A DNA stretch of 64,000 bases. Source: Acanthaster planci (taxonomy: Eukaryota). Of this stretch, positions 1 to 12,500 are shown in pieces (position 1 is the stretch's first letter; each line of letters begins with the position of its first letter). The notes beneath the pieces were generated by a model that saw only the letters and a list, made by a program, of their open reading frames with translations, made no database searches and had not been told where the DNA came from. Made by a program: the position numbers and the translations under genes. The DNA is taken from NCBI RefSeq assembly GCF_001949145.1, contig NW_019091359.1, positions 1,133,976-1,197,975 of the forward strand. The letters run 5' to 3'.

Positions 1-1412
1 TAACTGTCATCTGGCTGTTGTCTCTGCGGAGATGACACATTTTTGTAAGTAGCTGCTGGCTCAATCGTCTTCGGACCACTGAGTCCACCAGGGACTTGTG
101 CGTAAGCATACACTGGAGGCTGCAGGCTCTTAACGCTGGAGTAAAAGTGCTCACTACGGGTCTTGGTGTTATCTTCTGTAGATGTCTGGACGTGCGTCAA
201 TTGAAAAGATGGCACTGCATTCACTGAAGAGCTGTTGGTGTGGTCTGACTGCCTTTTTCTGTAACAGTATATAATGATGATTGCTATGGCGATGAGGACA
301 GTAAGTCCCACAGCTCCAAGTAGGATTTCTACAGTGGGGAAGGATTTACTAGACATGCGTTCTGTGGTTCCTACAGTAGTGGGGGATATACAGAACATGG
401 AAATGTCTTGGCTTTTGAAATCAATATTTTGGCTGTCATTGACATTGCAGTTTGTGTGCTTCAAACAGACAATGCTAATGTTAGGTCGAGCCTCCAAGTA
501 CTTAGCAAGGTCTTCCAGGGTGCAATTGCATACCAAAGGGTTGTCGTATAAGGACAGGGAGGTCAAACGATGTAGGTTCTGAATAGTTAGTATAGACAGC
601 GTCTGAAGGCTATTGGAATTTAGATAAAGCTCATGTAAGCCTGTCGTGAGCCCCTTGAAAGCATCTGGATGGACATATTTCAGCTCCATTCTGCTAAGGT
701 CCAAGTTATGAAGGTACTTCAGGTCTCCAAAGGGATCCTCTGGAAGTTCCTTGATGGGATTCCCCCTCAGATTGAGGGTCTGGAGTTCCTGCCTTAAATA
801 CCTGTAGTTGCTTTTGATGGCACTCGGGACTTCGTCCAGCTGATTGTGGTCTAGCCGCAGGGTCTTCAAGGACGTCAAATTAGCAAAAGTGTCGATGTCT
901 ATGGTGTTTATATTGTTGTGAGAGACATCAAGATTGATCAGGCTCACAGCACCACCTAGCATCTCTCTGGTGAGTTTAGACAGACGGTTTTGGCTTATAT
1001 CCAAGTGTTCCAGCTCTCTCAAATCAGGTCTATTCTCACCAACGGGTGATTCACTCAAATCTGAGATCTGATTATGTGACAAGTCCAAAGTGACAAGTTG
1101 TGGTGCCTGTACAGCAGGAAAGCGCTCCAAGTTTGTGTGGCTGAGGATCAGTGTGCCAGTGTCACTGAGGTCAGCAGACGCCAAGTCAGCAACATTCAAC
1201 TGTACGGAACTACAGTTTACCACCTTGGCATCATTCGTTCTATCGCACTTGCAGGTCTGACATAAATCCTTCTGCATTGGCAGCATCGTTGTTTCCACTT
1301 CAACCAAAGATGATGTCGATACGAGAGGCTGGTCTTGAGACGGAGTGGAACAAGAAGTGAAGACAAAGCAGAGAAACAAGAGAAACAGCCTGTACACTGC
1401 AACAATCTCCAT
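1..1412 (-). CDS. Single-pass leucine-rich-repeat (LRR) membrane protein, intronless CDS, at least 470 aa, running to the left window edge
   Basis: Manual translation is stop-free from ATG 1412 to position 3. It gives a signal peptide MEIVAVYRLFLLFLCFVFTSCS, an LRRNT cap (CQTCKC...VNC), about 9 LxxLxLxxN repeats (e.g. QLVTLDLSHNQI, ELEHLDISQNRL, SLKTLRLDHNQL, ELQTLNLRGNPI), an LRRCT cap (NPLVCNCTL...C...C), a TM helix ILLGAVGLTVLIAIAIIIIY followed by CYRKR, and about 80 visible residues of cytoplasmic tail with YSSV/YAQV/YKNV. The last partial codon is TA-, so it may be either a stop or Tyr. Confidence 0.93.
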   Translation of the reverse strand, partial: MEIVAVYRLFLLFLCFVFTSCSTPSQDQPLVSTSSLVEVETTMLPMQKDLCQTCKCDRTNDAKVVNCSSVQLNVADLASADLSDTGTLILSHTNLERFPAVQAPQLVTLDLSHNQISDLSESPVGENRPDLRELEHLDISQNRLSKLTREMLGGAVSLINLDVSHNNINTIDIDTFANLTSLKTLRLDHNQLDEVPSAIKSNYRYLRQELQTLNLRGNPIKELPEDPFGDLKYLHNLDLSRMELKYVHPDAFKGLTTGLHELYLNSNSLQTLSILTIQNLHRLTSLSLYDNPLVCNCTLEDLAKYLEARPNISIVCLKHTNCNVNDSQNIDFKSQDISMFCISPTTVGTTERMSSKSFPTVEILLGAVGLTVLIAIAIIIIYCYRKRQSDHTNSSSVNAVPSFQLTHVQTSTEDNTKTRSEHFYSSVKSLQPPVYAYAQVPGGLSGPKTIEPAATYKNVSSPQRQQPDDS

Positions 1413-2992
1413 CTTACTTCGCTCTTGTCAATTTTGGAGCAGCAACTAGACTTGACGGAGGTCTGAAATGAATGACTGGATTTTACAGGTCTGTCTGTGC
1501 CTGACACTAAACCAGACTGTGTTATCTAGATGGGAACTCTGGCACCATAAGTTCTGGCAAGTCACCGTTATTGTGAAAACTGGAAGTGACATCTGTCTGC
1601 AAATTTCCCCAAACATTTTCCTGCACACAAGTTTCCTATTTATTTGGTTTTAGTCAGTGGAAATGAGTTTGCTGCTTGGGCGTCAACCAGGACATGGCCA
1701 GTATAAACAAAAATAATTTATAATTACGACAGCTTTGACTGCAACTGAGACTAGCCCCCCCTTCCTTCCTTCTTAGTACTTGGTAGAAGCCGGTGTCTTG
1801 TGATGAAGATCACTTTTTGGCAGAGATTTAGAATCCCATAAACAATGATTTCATTTAAGTTGCCCCCCAAACAGTAACTGTACCCCTGAAATCATTCCCC
1901 AAAAAAATGCAATACAAAACCAACAACACAAAGCAATGAAATATGGAAAGGCTGCGTAGCACCGTGGTCAGAATATTGACAAGAATATAATATCAGTGCT
2001 CTGAAACATGTAATTGCCGAGCTTTCGGTAACTGAGTACCTTCTTCAGGGCAAGCAGATTCAGTTCTGGATCAGATTCTGTATTATATTCTTGTCAACAC
2101 AAACCACCAAGTTTTGTTGTTGAATATTGTAATGTTAGCCATTTCTTTCCTGAAAACCAGAAACAGAGAATTCAACAAAATGAGGATACCTGTGCATCAG
2201 TGCTTCCATTATTGGCTCTGTGTTACGGCTGGTCAAAAAGCACTACATAGCCTCAAACAAGCAATGAATCCTCCATAATCTTGATTGAGTGATTTGGGAC
2301 TGAATCAAATTAAAACCTACGCGGAGTAGCCTTTTTTCGGTACCAAGTCATAGTCATGTTTTGGCCATTATTCAACATTTTGTTGTCCCTGCGTATGACG
2401 GACCCCGCCACACAACTTGATCATGAAATATGGCTTTGATGTATTGATAACAATTACTATTGTAGTAAAGTTATAAGGCAGGAAACATCAGAATAGAAAT
2501 TTACACTTTCCTAGTATCTGATTTGTCTTTTTTTGTGGCTCTGTAAAAATATGAGTCAAAAAGGACCTTACTTAGATGTGGGTGAAGCAGTGGCATTGTG
2601 CAATGAGTAATTCCAGGTACTCCATTCTTAAAAAAAATAAATCAATCACCCAAAAGAGCAAACTTTTTTTTTACCAATGGGAGGGGGGATATTTCAGCAT
2701 GCACACTGGTGAGTTAATGTGTAGTTACATTCCTGTTTTAAAAAGACTTTTATGGTCAAACTGACATGACTAGGTGGAACAGTTTAAAAATAACCTCCAA
2801 CCCAAAGGGCCAGGGTAAGAACTCTGTTAGCGTCATGACTCGTGACTGTGGTAATTTAACAGGCTGAACATCCTTGAACAACAGTCAAACAGGAGTCAAA
2901 GCTAAGATCAGGGTCTGTTTTTCGACTTTTAACTTTTCAATAACTTGCAAAGGATACCGCAGTGTTACTTTCGATATTTACCACCATCCACA

Positions 2993-3132
2993 CAAAATTT
3001 GCTAGTTTAGTTTCATTTCTTTCCTGGAAGTTTTGCAACAAAATTTGCTAGTTTAGTTTAATTTCTTTCCTGGAAGTTTTGCAACAAAATTTGCTAGTTT
3101 AGTTTAATTTCTTTCCTGGAAGTTTTGCAACA
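2993..3132. repeat. Tandem repeat, 3 x 46 bp
   Basis: The unit CAAAATTTGCTAGTTTAGTTT(C/A)ATTTCTTTCCTGGAAGTTTTGCAA starts at 2993, 3039 and 3085. Confidence 0.95.
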
Positions 3133-3539
3133 TGAACAGGCTACGAGTCAGAACATTTTACTCATTCGCAGAACAAATCAATCATGCGCACAGAATCCTT
3201 GGACAACAGCAGTTGCGGTGTTTGTGTTGATTGTTTGTGCTCTATTTTCTCCAGTACCGACAGTGGGCTACAAACAAGGTAAAGTACATTCCCTGATATC
3301 CAAACAGAAAATGAATGAGGGAGCACTCGTCCAAAATAGGTACACTTGCACAACTTCCTGTACTTAAAACTGAAAGATCACCTGCAAACTCACTGAAAAG
3401 CAAAACAGCTTGGACTCAGATTTTCAGAACTAAAAGTAAAAGTAGAAATGTGGAATGACAATAAAAACTACAGTACCACTGTGAATAAACAAACAATAAC
3501 AGCTGTGCTGATTTCTTTCTCCTGAACCTCGGGTCTCAC

Positions 3540-6500
3540 CTGTCATTTTCCTTCGGGCAGCTCGGGCGGACTTTTTCAGTTGTCCCAAAGGTCTGTACCC
3601 TGGAGAGTGTTGCGGACGCTTTGGTGTTTCTGTGTCTCTTCTGAGATCCTGTAACCTGTGAACAAGCACAGCATTTATCCAACTTAACATGGCATCCCAG
3701 GACATCTTGTAGCGACAATTTCCACAAGGCTTTGCCGTGTTTAAGGGTTTTCCAAGTCACTCCAGTTTTGAAGGACTTATCCAATTCATTTTGCTGTTGT
3801 AAAAATTGGGCGATCACAAGATTAAATCTTCCTCACAATACCAAGACAAATAAACAACTTAAAACACATATCAAGAAGAATACATTTGTCTTAGTAATTT
3901 ATGCTAACCAAACACTTGGTGCATACAGGGCTCTCTGGTTTGTGCATTAAACCTACGAGTCCCAAATCCTCCGCTATTAAGTGCTATAAATGATTTCACA
4001 TAAACCCTTGGGGGATAGGGTTAAAGAGTGCATACACAAGTATAAATGAATGAATGAATAATGTCAAGTTGAAAGAACCCAGAGAGTCTTCTAAATGTGC
4101 AGTAAAAGCAAACCTTCAGTGCAACAGTTGGAGAACAGTTATTTAATATTGAATGTTGTGAAGTAAATGTATCTTACCACAGCATAGCTCATTGTTAGCC
4201 CATTATTACGAGCTGTTATATAACTATGATTGACAAGATGCTTCTGGACAAGGAAAGGTTCGATATTACGCAATGGAGAACAAGTTCTCTTTGGAAAGAT
4301 ATCCATGGAAACAAAATAATTTGAAAGACACTACATGTAGGCAGTGTTGTAGTCGAGTACTTTCCGAGTACCAACGTTGTCCGCAAAATACTGAACTGGG
4401 TAAGAGGGAATAAAGCCAGAGTGCACAGGCATTTGATGGTAAATGGGCAAAGGTAAGATTACAAAATAAATGTTAGACTTCAGACACTCCCAGTTGTGTA
4501 AAATTTGAGTTTTGAGGGGAAAAGTACTCGGAAAGTACTCGGCCGAGTATTTTCCGAGTACTTTTTGTCCTAAAAAGTTAATTTTAATCAAACAGTGAAG
4601 GTCTGAAGTCATTATGTTGCTTTGTACCATCAAATGCCGATGTACTTCAGCTTTGTTCCCTCCTAACTAGTTAAATATTTGGTAGAGAGAGAACTTGGTT
4701 CTCAAAAAGTACTCGACTACATCACTGCATGTAGACATTTACGCAATAATGTTATTAAAAGTCATGACAAATTCATGACAGCAATCAATTGAAATAAACA
4801 AAAGGGACGTTTGTGGTAACAAACTGCTAAAGTGTTAATTTCAGAATACAAAAAAAAATTATGTAGTTCACTTTCCAACCCCTCACCTTTCGTTGATCAC
4901 TTCTTCGGTACAATCGTATGGTATCACATTGGCATAAATGTTGATGGGATGAATATGGCGAAGGAAATCACGGACCTAGAGATTACATCAATTAGAAGGA
5001 AAAAAATTACATATAATGAAAACTGCAGGCATTTATCAATGGAGAAAGCGTGCCAAATATTTGATGCTTAAATGTGACTCAATTCCACAAAGTGAATTGC
5101 AAAGCCATGATTTTAGTAATTTTGGTTTCATTTGCAATGGAGGGAACAAAGCTCTTTATTCTGACACATCGTTCACTTCGGTACCACGATGAGATTGGAC
5201 ATAGGGATGGAGAACGTTGAGGGCTCGCCAATGATCTACATTAGGTAAGATTCTTTCAAAGGCCTAGAACTCACAAGTGGCTTGGTGATCACATAATTTA
5301 AGAATTAGTCAAACATGAAAATGCCAACTTTTGAAATACATTCAGAAAAAAAGTCACACTTCAGGTGGGTATTTTGAAGAGGAAACAGTGGTAAACAACT
5401 GGTTATAAAGTTTACTAACAGCATTTGGCCTGGTAACTCACCTCACTAAATGACGAATGGAATGAGAAGCACAGCCGGTACCGGTGCCTGACCTTTCTGT
5501 TCAAGAGGAAAAGGACCACACATGAAAGCTGGAATTTCGAGGAAATGTTTGTGAAAACAGAACAGTCAAAAACATGGAAGTTTGCACAGTCACTTTACAA
5601 AACATTAGTTACGCTATGTTTAGTTGACCTTAGAATGAGATGATGACCTCTAGCGTGGTTGGCTTATAATGATTCCAAAAATCTCAACTCCCTAAAGGAT
5701 GTGGGCCTCTTTATCATGAACAAAAGCAAAGCAGTATTGTGTTAGGTACTGAACTTTGTATACATCTGTGGTATTCAAAGAACAGCCCAGGATGTGCACA
5801 GGGTCACTCCACATTTTCTGGCGAAATGACGCTGATTCAACAATAACACACCTGATGTATTGTCTGTAAATAAGACAGTCAATCTGTCTTTAGTGCAAAG
5901 GTATTTATTGTGAAAGAAGGGTCGTGATTTCAGAGTACAGGAAGGATACTGCAAATTGTTCGTTGCCACTTACTTGAGTACATCGGATGGGCGGGCATTG
6001 CTAGTGAACCACATGGTACTAGGGACAACTACTAAAACATCGGTGGCGGTTGGCATGGAACAATCCTGAGGAGAAAAAGGGACATCGATCAAAAGCTGCT
6101 GCTCAGAGATTCACGTCCAACTGGTAATTGGCACAATGACAAAACCGTGATGCAATCGGCGATGCAGCCCATTCTCAATCATTTCTGACAGTCTCTATTG
6201 GTAACTGTGCATGTACGTACCACGTATCTACAGGCATGGACCTGTGTGCTTTTTCCATCGGTAGTCAGGTGCTTGGCAAGTTCCGGAACCCTCTTATACT
6301 GTGCCATGACTACTGCTGACACGTGTACCTGAACATTACAGACAGCAAGAGGTTGACCTTACAGGCAAAACTGAATCTGAAGTGCAAGAACTGAAGCCCA
6401 TTCAATTTGGAGAAAGTTTTCACTGTTTAAAAATGGCCAACTGCATACGTGTCTGTAACAAAGCTGAAATTGTGTCAAAAATGACTCTGAATCTCAGAGA

Positions 6501-9500
6501 CCCTGCATGGTCTAACCTTGGTGAAGATGGGTCTCTGTTCTTCTCTGGTAGGGATGAGTAGATTATCAGTGCCTTCGTTATCACCAAATTTAAATATGGG
6601 GATAAAAATGTGTTTGGTCGGTCTTAAACATGTGTTTAAGACTGGCTCAGGAAAATGGAAGCGACTAATGCCCAAGCTGCAGGCGAGGACATTATCAGCG
6701 TTCGTTCTCCCGAGCAAAGTCTTAAACGTTAGTTTGAGACCAGCCAAGTATATATTTATTCCCATTCATAAATATGTTTTTATTCTAGGAGTCAAAAGAA
6801 TTTAACATGTGATGCATTTCCAACGCTTTTGTTCTAAAATTTTACTTTCTTTTTCCTGAACACCCCAGTCCATTTTATGGTATGTTCCTTTTGAAAGTTG
6901 TCCAATGGAATCCTTTTCAATGAACTTGGCACATGAGTGGTGTGTCGCGTGCACAAAGACTCCTGATCAATCGACCTGATTAAATTGTCTTGTATCCATG
7001 CGCTTGTGTGTGATTTACGCAGCGGACATAATCACTTCTCAGCAGGCATTATCAAATATTAATACACAGTCAAGTTACGCATTTCAACCAATAGGAATAA
7101 ATAAACTGTCCTACATGTAGGTCTTCATGAATAACAAACAAAGCCCCAATGAGGGCTCAGCAGGCAGACTCACTATCCAACACGGAACATAAAAAGTGAC
7201 ATTTGAGGAGGGCGGCAAATTAAATTGGTGGCCATGATGTTACTTGATCTTCTCTTACCTTTAGATTAAACTCCTTGCTGATCTCCACAAACAGGTACTC
7301 ATAGCCGTATTTGGCCTTGCAAGCCAGACGGACCATGTGTGTGGGGCTTTTCTGGATCTGTCTGGTAAATTGACAAAAAAAAAAAACAACGTAAAATATA
7401 ATAAGTGTTGCCACTTAAATCTATTCCGCAAAATGTAACACAATTCTCAAATAACAATCCCGTCACCTTGTGTGAATTTTTAGTTGAAACAGATGTTCAG
7501 GGTTCCCAGTGTGTGGCAAAAATTCCTGATTTTTCACAGAGAAATTTTCAAATTTTAGGCTACTTTATTTGAATATATTCCTGGTATGACCTGTCTTCCG
7601 TACTGTTGAAGAAGCATCAGACATGAAGAAAATATTACAGATGGACCGCCTTCTGTTTGGGGACAATCAAAGTCCCTGGCTGGTTTTTCCGTGCTTCCAG
7701 GCATTCTTTTCAAATTCACTGACTTTTCCATGACTTGAAAAAGGGGAAACTAAGTTTCCAAGTTTTCCCTACTTTTCAGGAGAGCTGGGGACCCTAACAC
7801 AATTTTTATAACGATTTAGAGCGTAAATTAGGTAATCACTTTGAGATGCAATTTTTTTTGGGGGGGTGGGATTTGAAAGAAGCCAGATGGCTTGAAACAA
7901 TAACTCCATTCATCACATTGACAATGGTGCAGATATTGACAAAAAGCCCAAAAAGAAACAGAAGTTATTAGATAAAGAAAACATAATTCACTATGTATAC
8001 CAAGTAACTTAGTAAAGTCTGTAAATAATCATTGAGACGGCAAAATTCTGCCCCCCCAGTGAAATGTATCTCTACATAACAATCAGTTACATTTTCATAG
8101 AAAATACATAGGACGGTCATCTGCGTCCTTTCCTAAAGCTTAAGGAATTTCAAATGTTTGCTTAAAACACTTGATTTGCTACACAATCCGAAGGAGTTCC
8201 ATAGAACAAAGACTTGTTGATTCAGAGTAAAACAAAAGAAAGACACTCACTTCTCCACTAAATTCAGAAGGGCATCCCTTGACTGTTCCTGTTTTGGTAG
8301 AGGAAAGAAAATTAAGCAAGGATTTCACAATCTAACGTGAGTATCTTCCTTTCTGAGTAGTCTTGGTACAAGACGTCCAGCAGACTGCATACTGACATCA
8401 CTGACAGTGGATGTCCTTTAGTTTTTATATGCAAGCTTTCAGTGCCATAATAGATCTTTGATTTGTGTTGGTTAACTAAGGTGAACCAAATACACTCATC
8501 AGTGTACTGTGAAAGAGCTGGTAACGTGCCACAAAGTGGTGGCGCTAGATAGGAAACAACACCACCAAGAGTATCCTTTGCCGGGACTACATTTGAGTTG
8601 TGTTCTCTCTGAGAGGAAGTCTACAAAAGCACGGAACCATGACCCCAAGAGGGACACCAATTTGGTCAACTAAGGGCCCTTTAACACAGACTGGCCGTAA
8701 CCCAGGCTGATGACAGCAATGTGCCACACTGCCACACAACATTCCACGCAAGGCAGAAGCCACTAGGTTTGTCAATCATTACGTTACTGACTTATAAAAA
8801 TAGACCCCACAAGACGTATCGAAGATACAATGAGCAAATGTCCAACCATGCCAGCCAGTTTGTGATGTCATACTAACGAGACCGCCAGAATACATCATGG
8901 CTGATTCGGGCGCCGTGTTCTTGACACGGGTTTCTTGTTCTCGCGCTCCTACGGCCGGAACACGGCTCAAGAACACTGTTCTCGAAACAGGATCACACAC
9001 CATCTCCTTGTCTGGGTTTTACAGGAACACACGGAAAAACTAGCTTGTGAGATTTTGATTTTTGAACAGCTGTAAAAATAGGGATATGGTTTACAAAGTT
9101 GGAGACAATAGGAAGTTTTGCAAAATTAACATTATTAACAACACAGAAGTGAATGTTCCTGTTTAAATAGAAAAGAATTCAGCCCAGTTGTCCAAGCATT
9201 AACTCTTGAATAGTTTACTACGATATGGACGCCGCCATGTTGCTTGTCACTAACAACCAGCGATGACCAATTATACGTTCCTGGTGTTCAAGCGGCCAAC
9301 CCAAGAACCACAAAATCAAGCTGTTCATGAACATATGAGAACAAGCCGCCCGAACTCGGCCCATAAGTGCATCATGTATTTGTGTGATATCTGTGAAATG
9401 CTATGCAGGTTGGGGAGCACTACAGTCTGTCGACCTATCGCATGGTTCACTGCATAAGTCCCATACAAACTCACTCTGTTTGATATTTTGTATCGCACAG

Positions 9501-12500
9501 GCTTCCGTTACCACTAGTCTGTTGAGCCCCATTTCTTGTTTATTTGACGAAATAAAAATGCTTGTAATTTGTATCTCGGGAAGTGGATATGACTTGGATT
9601 ACAGATGAAAAAAAATTACATGCCGGTCAGTGATTCCCCTATTTTTAATATGATGCAAAATCCAGCGATATCACCAGGATATTCTGTAATTTCCTGTAAC
9701 CTGTCAGAAACCCCCAAAATCCCCCACTATCAAATTGCTAGCTTTGTAATAAAAGTAGGGCAGGAGGAGTATGACGCTCAATACGACAAATGCTCATATG
9801 CTCAATACAACACCATACCTGTAATGGGAATTTCAAGGAATTTCCCCTAGGGCTATACCGAATATCCGGATATTCCATCCGATCGATTGTCGAATATTCA
9901 AATATTATTTTTCAAAGTTGAATGTTCTAATGCAAAATTCATGAAAAGGAAGGGAAAATTTTCTTTTGTTTTAAATGAGAAAAATTGCACTTTGGAGGCT
10001 TATTTCAAGCAGATTCGAATGAACAGCTTCAGAAATCTTACAATTCAAAAAGTAAATTATTCAATAAACAATTTAAAAGGAATAGAAATTTTCAACAGGG
10101 CCAGAAGTCTTGTTCATCTCTTAAATCTTGCCAAATCGTGGCTGGAGATACTCCTAGATGTGAGAAGCTCTTATATTGATCATTATGTACAATCTGTGTG
10201 TTATTGCAACTGATTTTGTATATAGTTAGTTCATTAACAATCTGTCGGTCAGTGCAACTGAACATTTGGATATTTGATCAAATTGAACATCGAATATTCT
10301 AATAGAGAATTATTCGAATTGACTCAACCCTAATTTCCCCCAAACATCAAAAAGGAAAGAGGGACTCAATATTGAAAACATCATCGATCATGAAGGTATC
10401 ACCGTGTACTTGACTCCTTTGATCAGAAGAATGGGTGCTGATAAGACAGAAGTTGGGGGACATTATCAGCGGCGATTCTCCCAACATACCATGAAGGTAT
10501 CACCGTGTACTTGACTCCTTTGATCAGAAGAATGGGTGCTGATAAGACAGAAGTTGGGGGACATTATCAGCGGCAATTCTCCCAACATACCGGTATTTAT
10601 TCCCATTCATAAATTCCTTCTGAGACATGCAGTCAAGTTGACAAAATAATAAATTTTCCACCAATGTTGCTCGACGATTTCACTTCAAAACAATTTCATG
10701 ATTTGAAATAGCTCTCTTGTTAGTTTCAGTATTCTTTGAGCCCAATTTTTTTTCCCCACAAAAAAGTGTTATCCAACAAGTCACTATGAATGAAAATTGA
10801 TATGAACAAATAACTTGCTTAATGCTTACTCTGCTTGGAATGTACATAGCCTCTGGCACACAGAAAGTAGTGTCCACATAAACACTCTTTATGTCTTTTA
10901 TCCTGGAGTAAGGAGAATTATAAACGATCAAAGAGAGAGTTAAAATGTACAGGCACCAGCTCAAAGAAAAAATAAAGACGAGATGGAAACTTGCAAATTC
11001 ACTATTCCTCATTTGATTGCTAGGTACACAATGGTTGAAAGTTTAATTTAAATCAAATGGACGAACTTTTAAAGTGAAAGATTTCAGAAAACAGTTCTTT
11101 TATTTTCAGATTATTTAATACGTGGTGTAATTTCGCAAGATACCATCTTTCACTCAGGAACAAATGACGAGGTGGGCACAAAAGTAACCATAGTGGGTCA
11201 TGAAAATAGATTGCTGTAAATTGCTAGTGCGCCCTCTACTGACAAAAGAAGCAAACTTATTGAGTACAGTAAACTGCATTTCAGTGAACTGGCTCCATAT
11301 CACACTGGTTTCTGACTACAAACTCTTGTTGAGCCTTACCACAATCTTTAACACATTCTTAAAACACACACCTGTGGAATTTTTACGGAGGGCAAGCTAG
11401 TTTCTCTTTCAGTGTGCCAGGTGACAAGTCTTACGTACTTCTGGAAAACCATGGGTTGCCATGGGATCAACTTTTAAATGGGAAACCCAACACTGTTTCA
11501 AGTGAAAGAGAAGGAAATTTCCAATTCCTTGCTATCACTAAAGAGATTTCCATGATTGTGTTCATGACCAAAACTTGTTCTGAGAATTCAACATAAATGT
11601 GCTTTTTAAAGTCAGAGTGTTTTCTGTAGATAAAACTAAATAAATTTTCCTGCTGAATGTTACTTGATTTATGGTTGTTGAATAATTTTGAATAATTTTT
11701 CAGTCATGAAATATGATTTCAACCTGTTTCATCCACAATCGCATTCTGAATCATCAGGAAATTTTCAAATTTCAAAATAATCAAAATTAATCAGTCCCGC
11801 TTATTTCTGTTTACAACCTTCTCAGTTACAATCAATGCCTAGATACACAATGACCATACGTTGTTCCAAAGTGACTGACCTGTTCCCAGAATGCAGCGGT
11901 ACCATGCGCGCTGCTTCGCCCTTGGCCAAACGGAAGTCCCCGGTGTAAAGGACGTTCCCCTCATCCCCTTCAAACAGAAACCTGTAAAGAAGGGGTGGGA
12001 ATGGGGAAATAAAAAGAAATAAGAAGTGTAACTAAATCAGCAAGGACACAAAACTTTCAGTGGCTACGCATTGTGAGAGCTACATGAACAGGAGAGTGTG
12101 TTATATTCAATGTGAATGATACATATACATTTGTACACATTACGCTTGAACTGGGATATGTCATCGGGATCTGGACAGCAGAATGGAGAAAGAGAGAACT
12201 TTCCAGAGCAGAAAAGTATTAAATTGGTACATGAAAGAAAAAGAGAAAGAAAAACAAGAAGAGAAAAAAGGAAAACACACCAAAAAATTCACCGCTGCTT
12301 TGTAAAACACAGTCCAAACTTGCAAAGGAAAAATACATGCACATGTACTCCGAGATAACGGCAAGCGCAATGTTCTATAAGAAATTGGGCTTTTACCTTA
12401 AATTCCGGTTTTAAAATAAAAATACAGAAGTTGATCATATGCTTGTAATATTGATAACGTGCTTTCCTCTTTGCCCATAAGGAAACCACTGTATAATGGC

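Noticed and set aside
1..1412. Toll-like receptor or VLR call for the LRR gene
   Set aside because: Only about 9 LRRs and no TIR motifs in the visible tail; it has a TM helix and cytoplasmic tail rather than a VLR-type GPI stalk, and no flanking LRR cassettes were seen.
1976..2097. Inverted repeat with Penelope-like GAGCTTTCGG/CCTTCTTCAGG motifs
   Set aside because: Too short and degenerate to classify without a repeat-library search.
2573..2627. Possible additional Artemis exon (AAG|...|GTAAG, - strand)
   Set aside because: It is open in phase, but the peptide EWSTWNYSLHNATASPTS has no resemblance to Artemis that I recognise; it could be a UTR exon of the LRR gene. Unsupported without transcripts.
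2993..3132. CRISPR-like array
   Set aside because: The repeats are contiguous with no spacers, in a eukaryotic intron.
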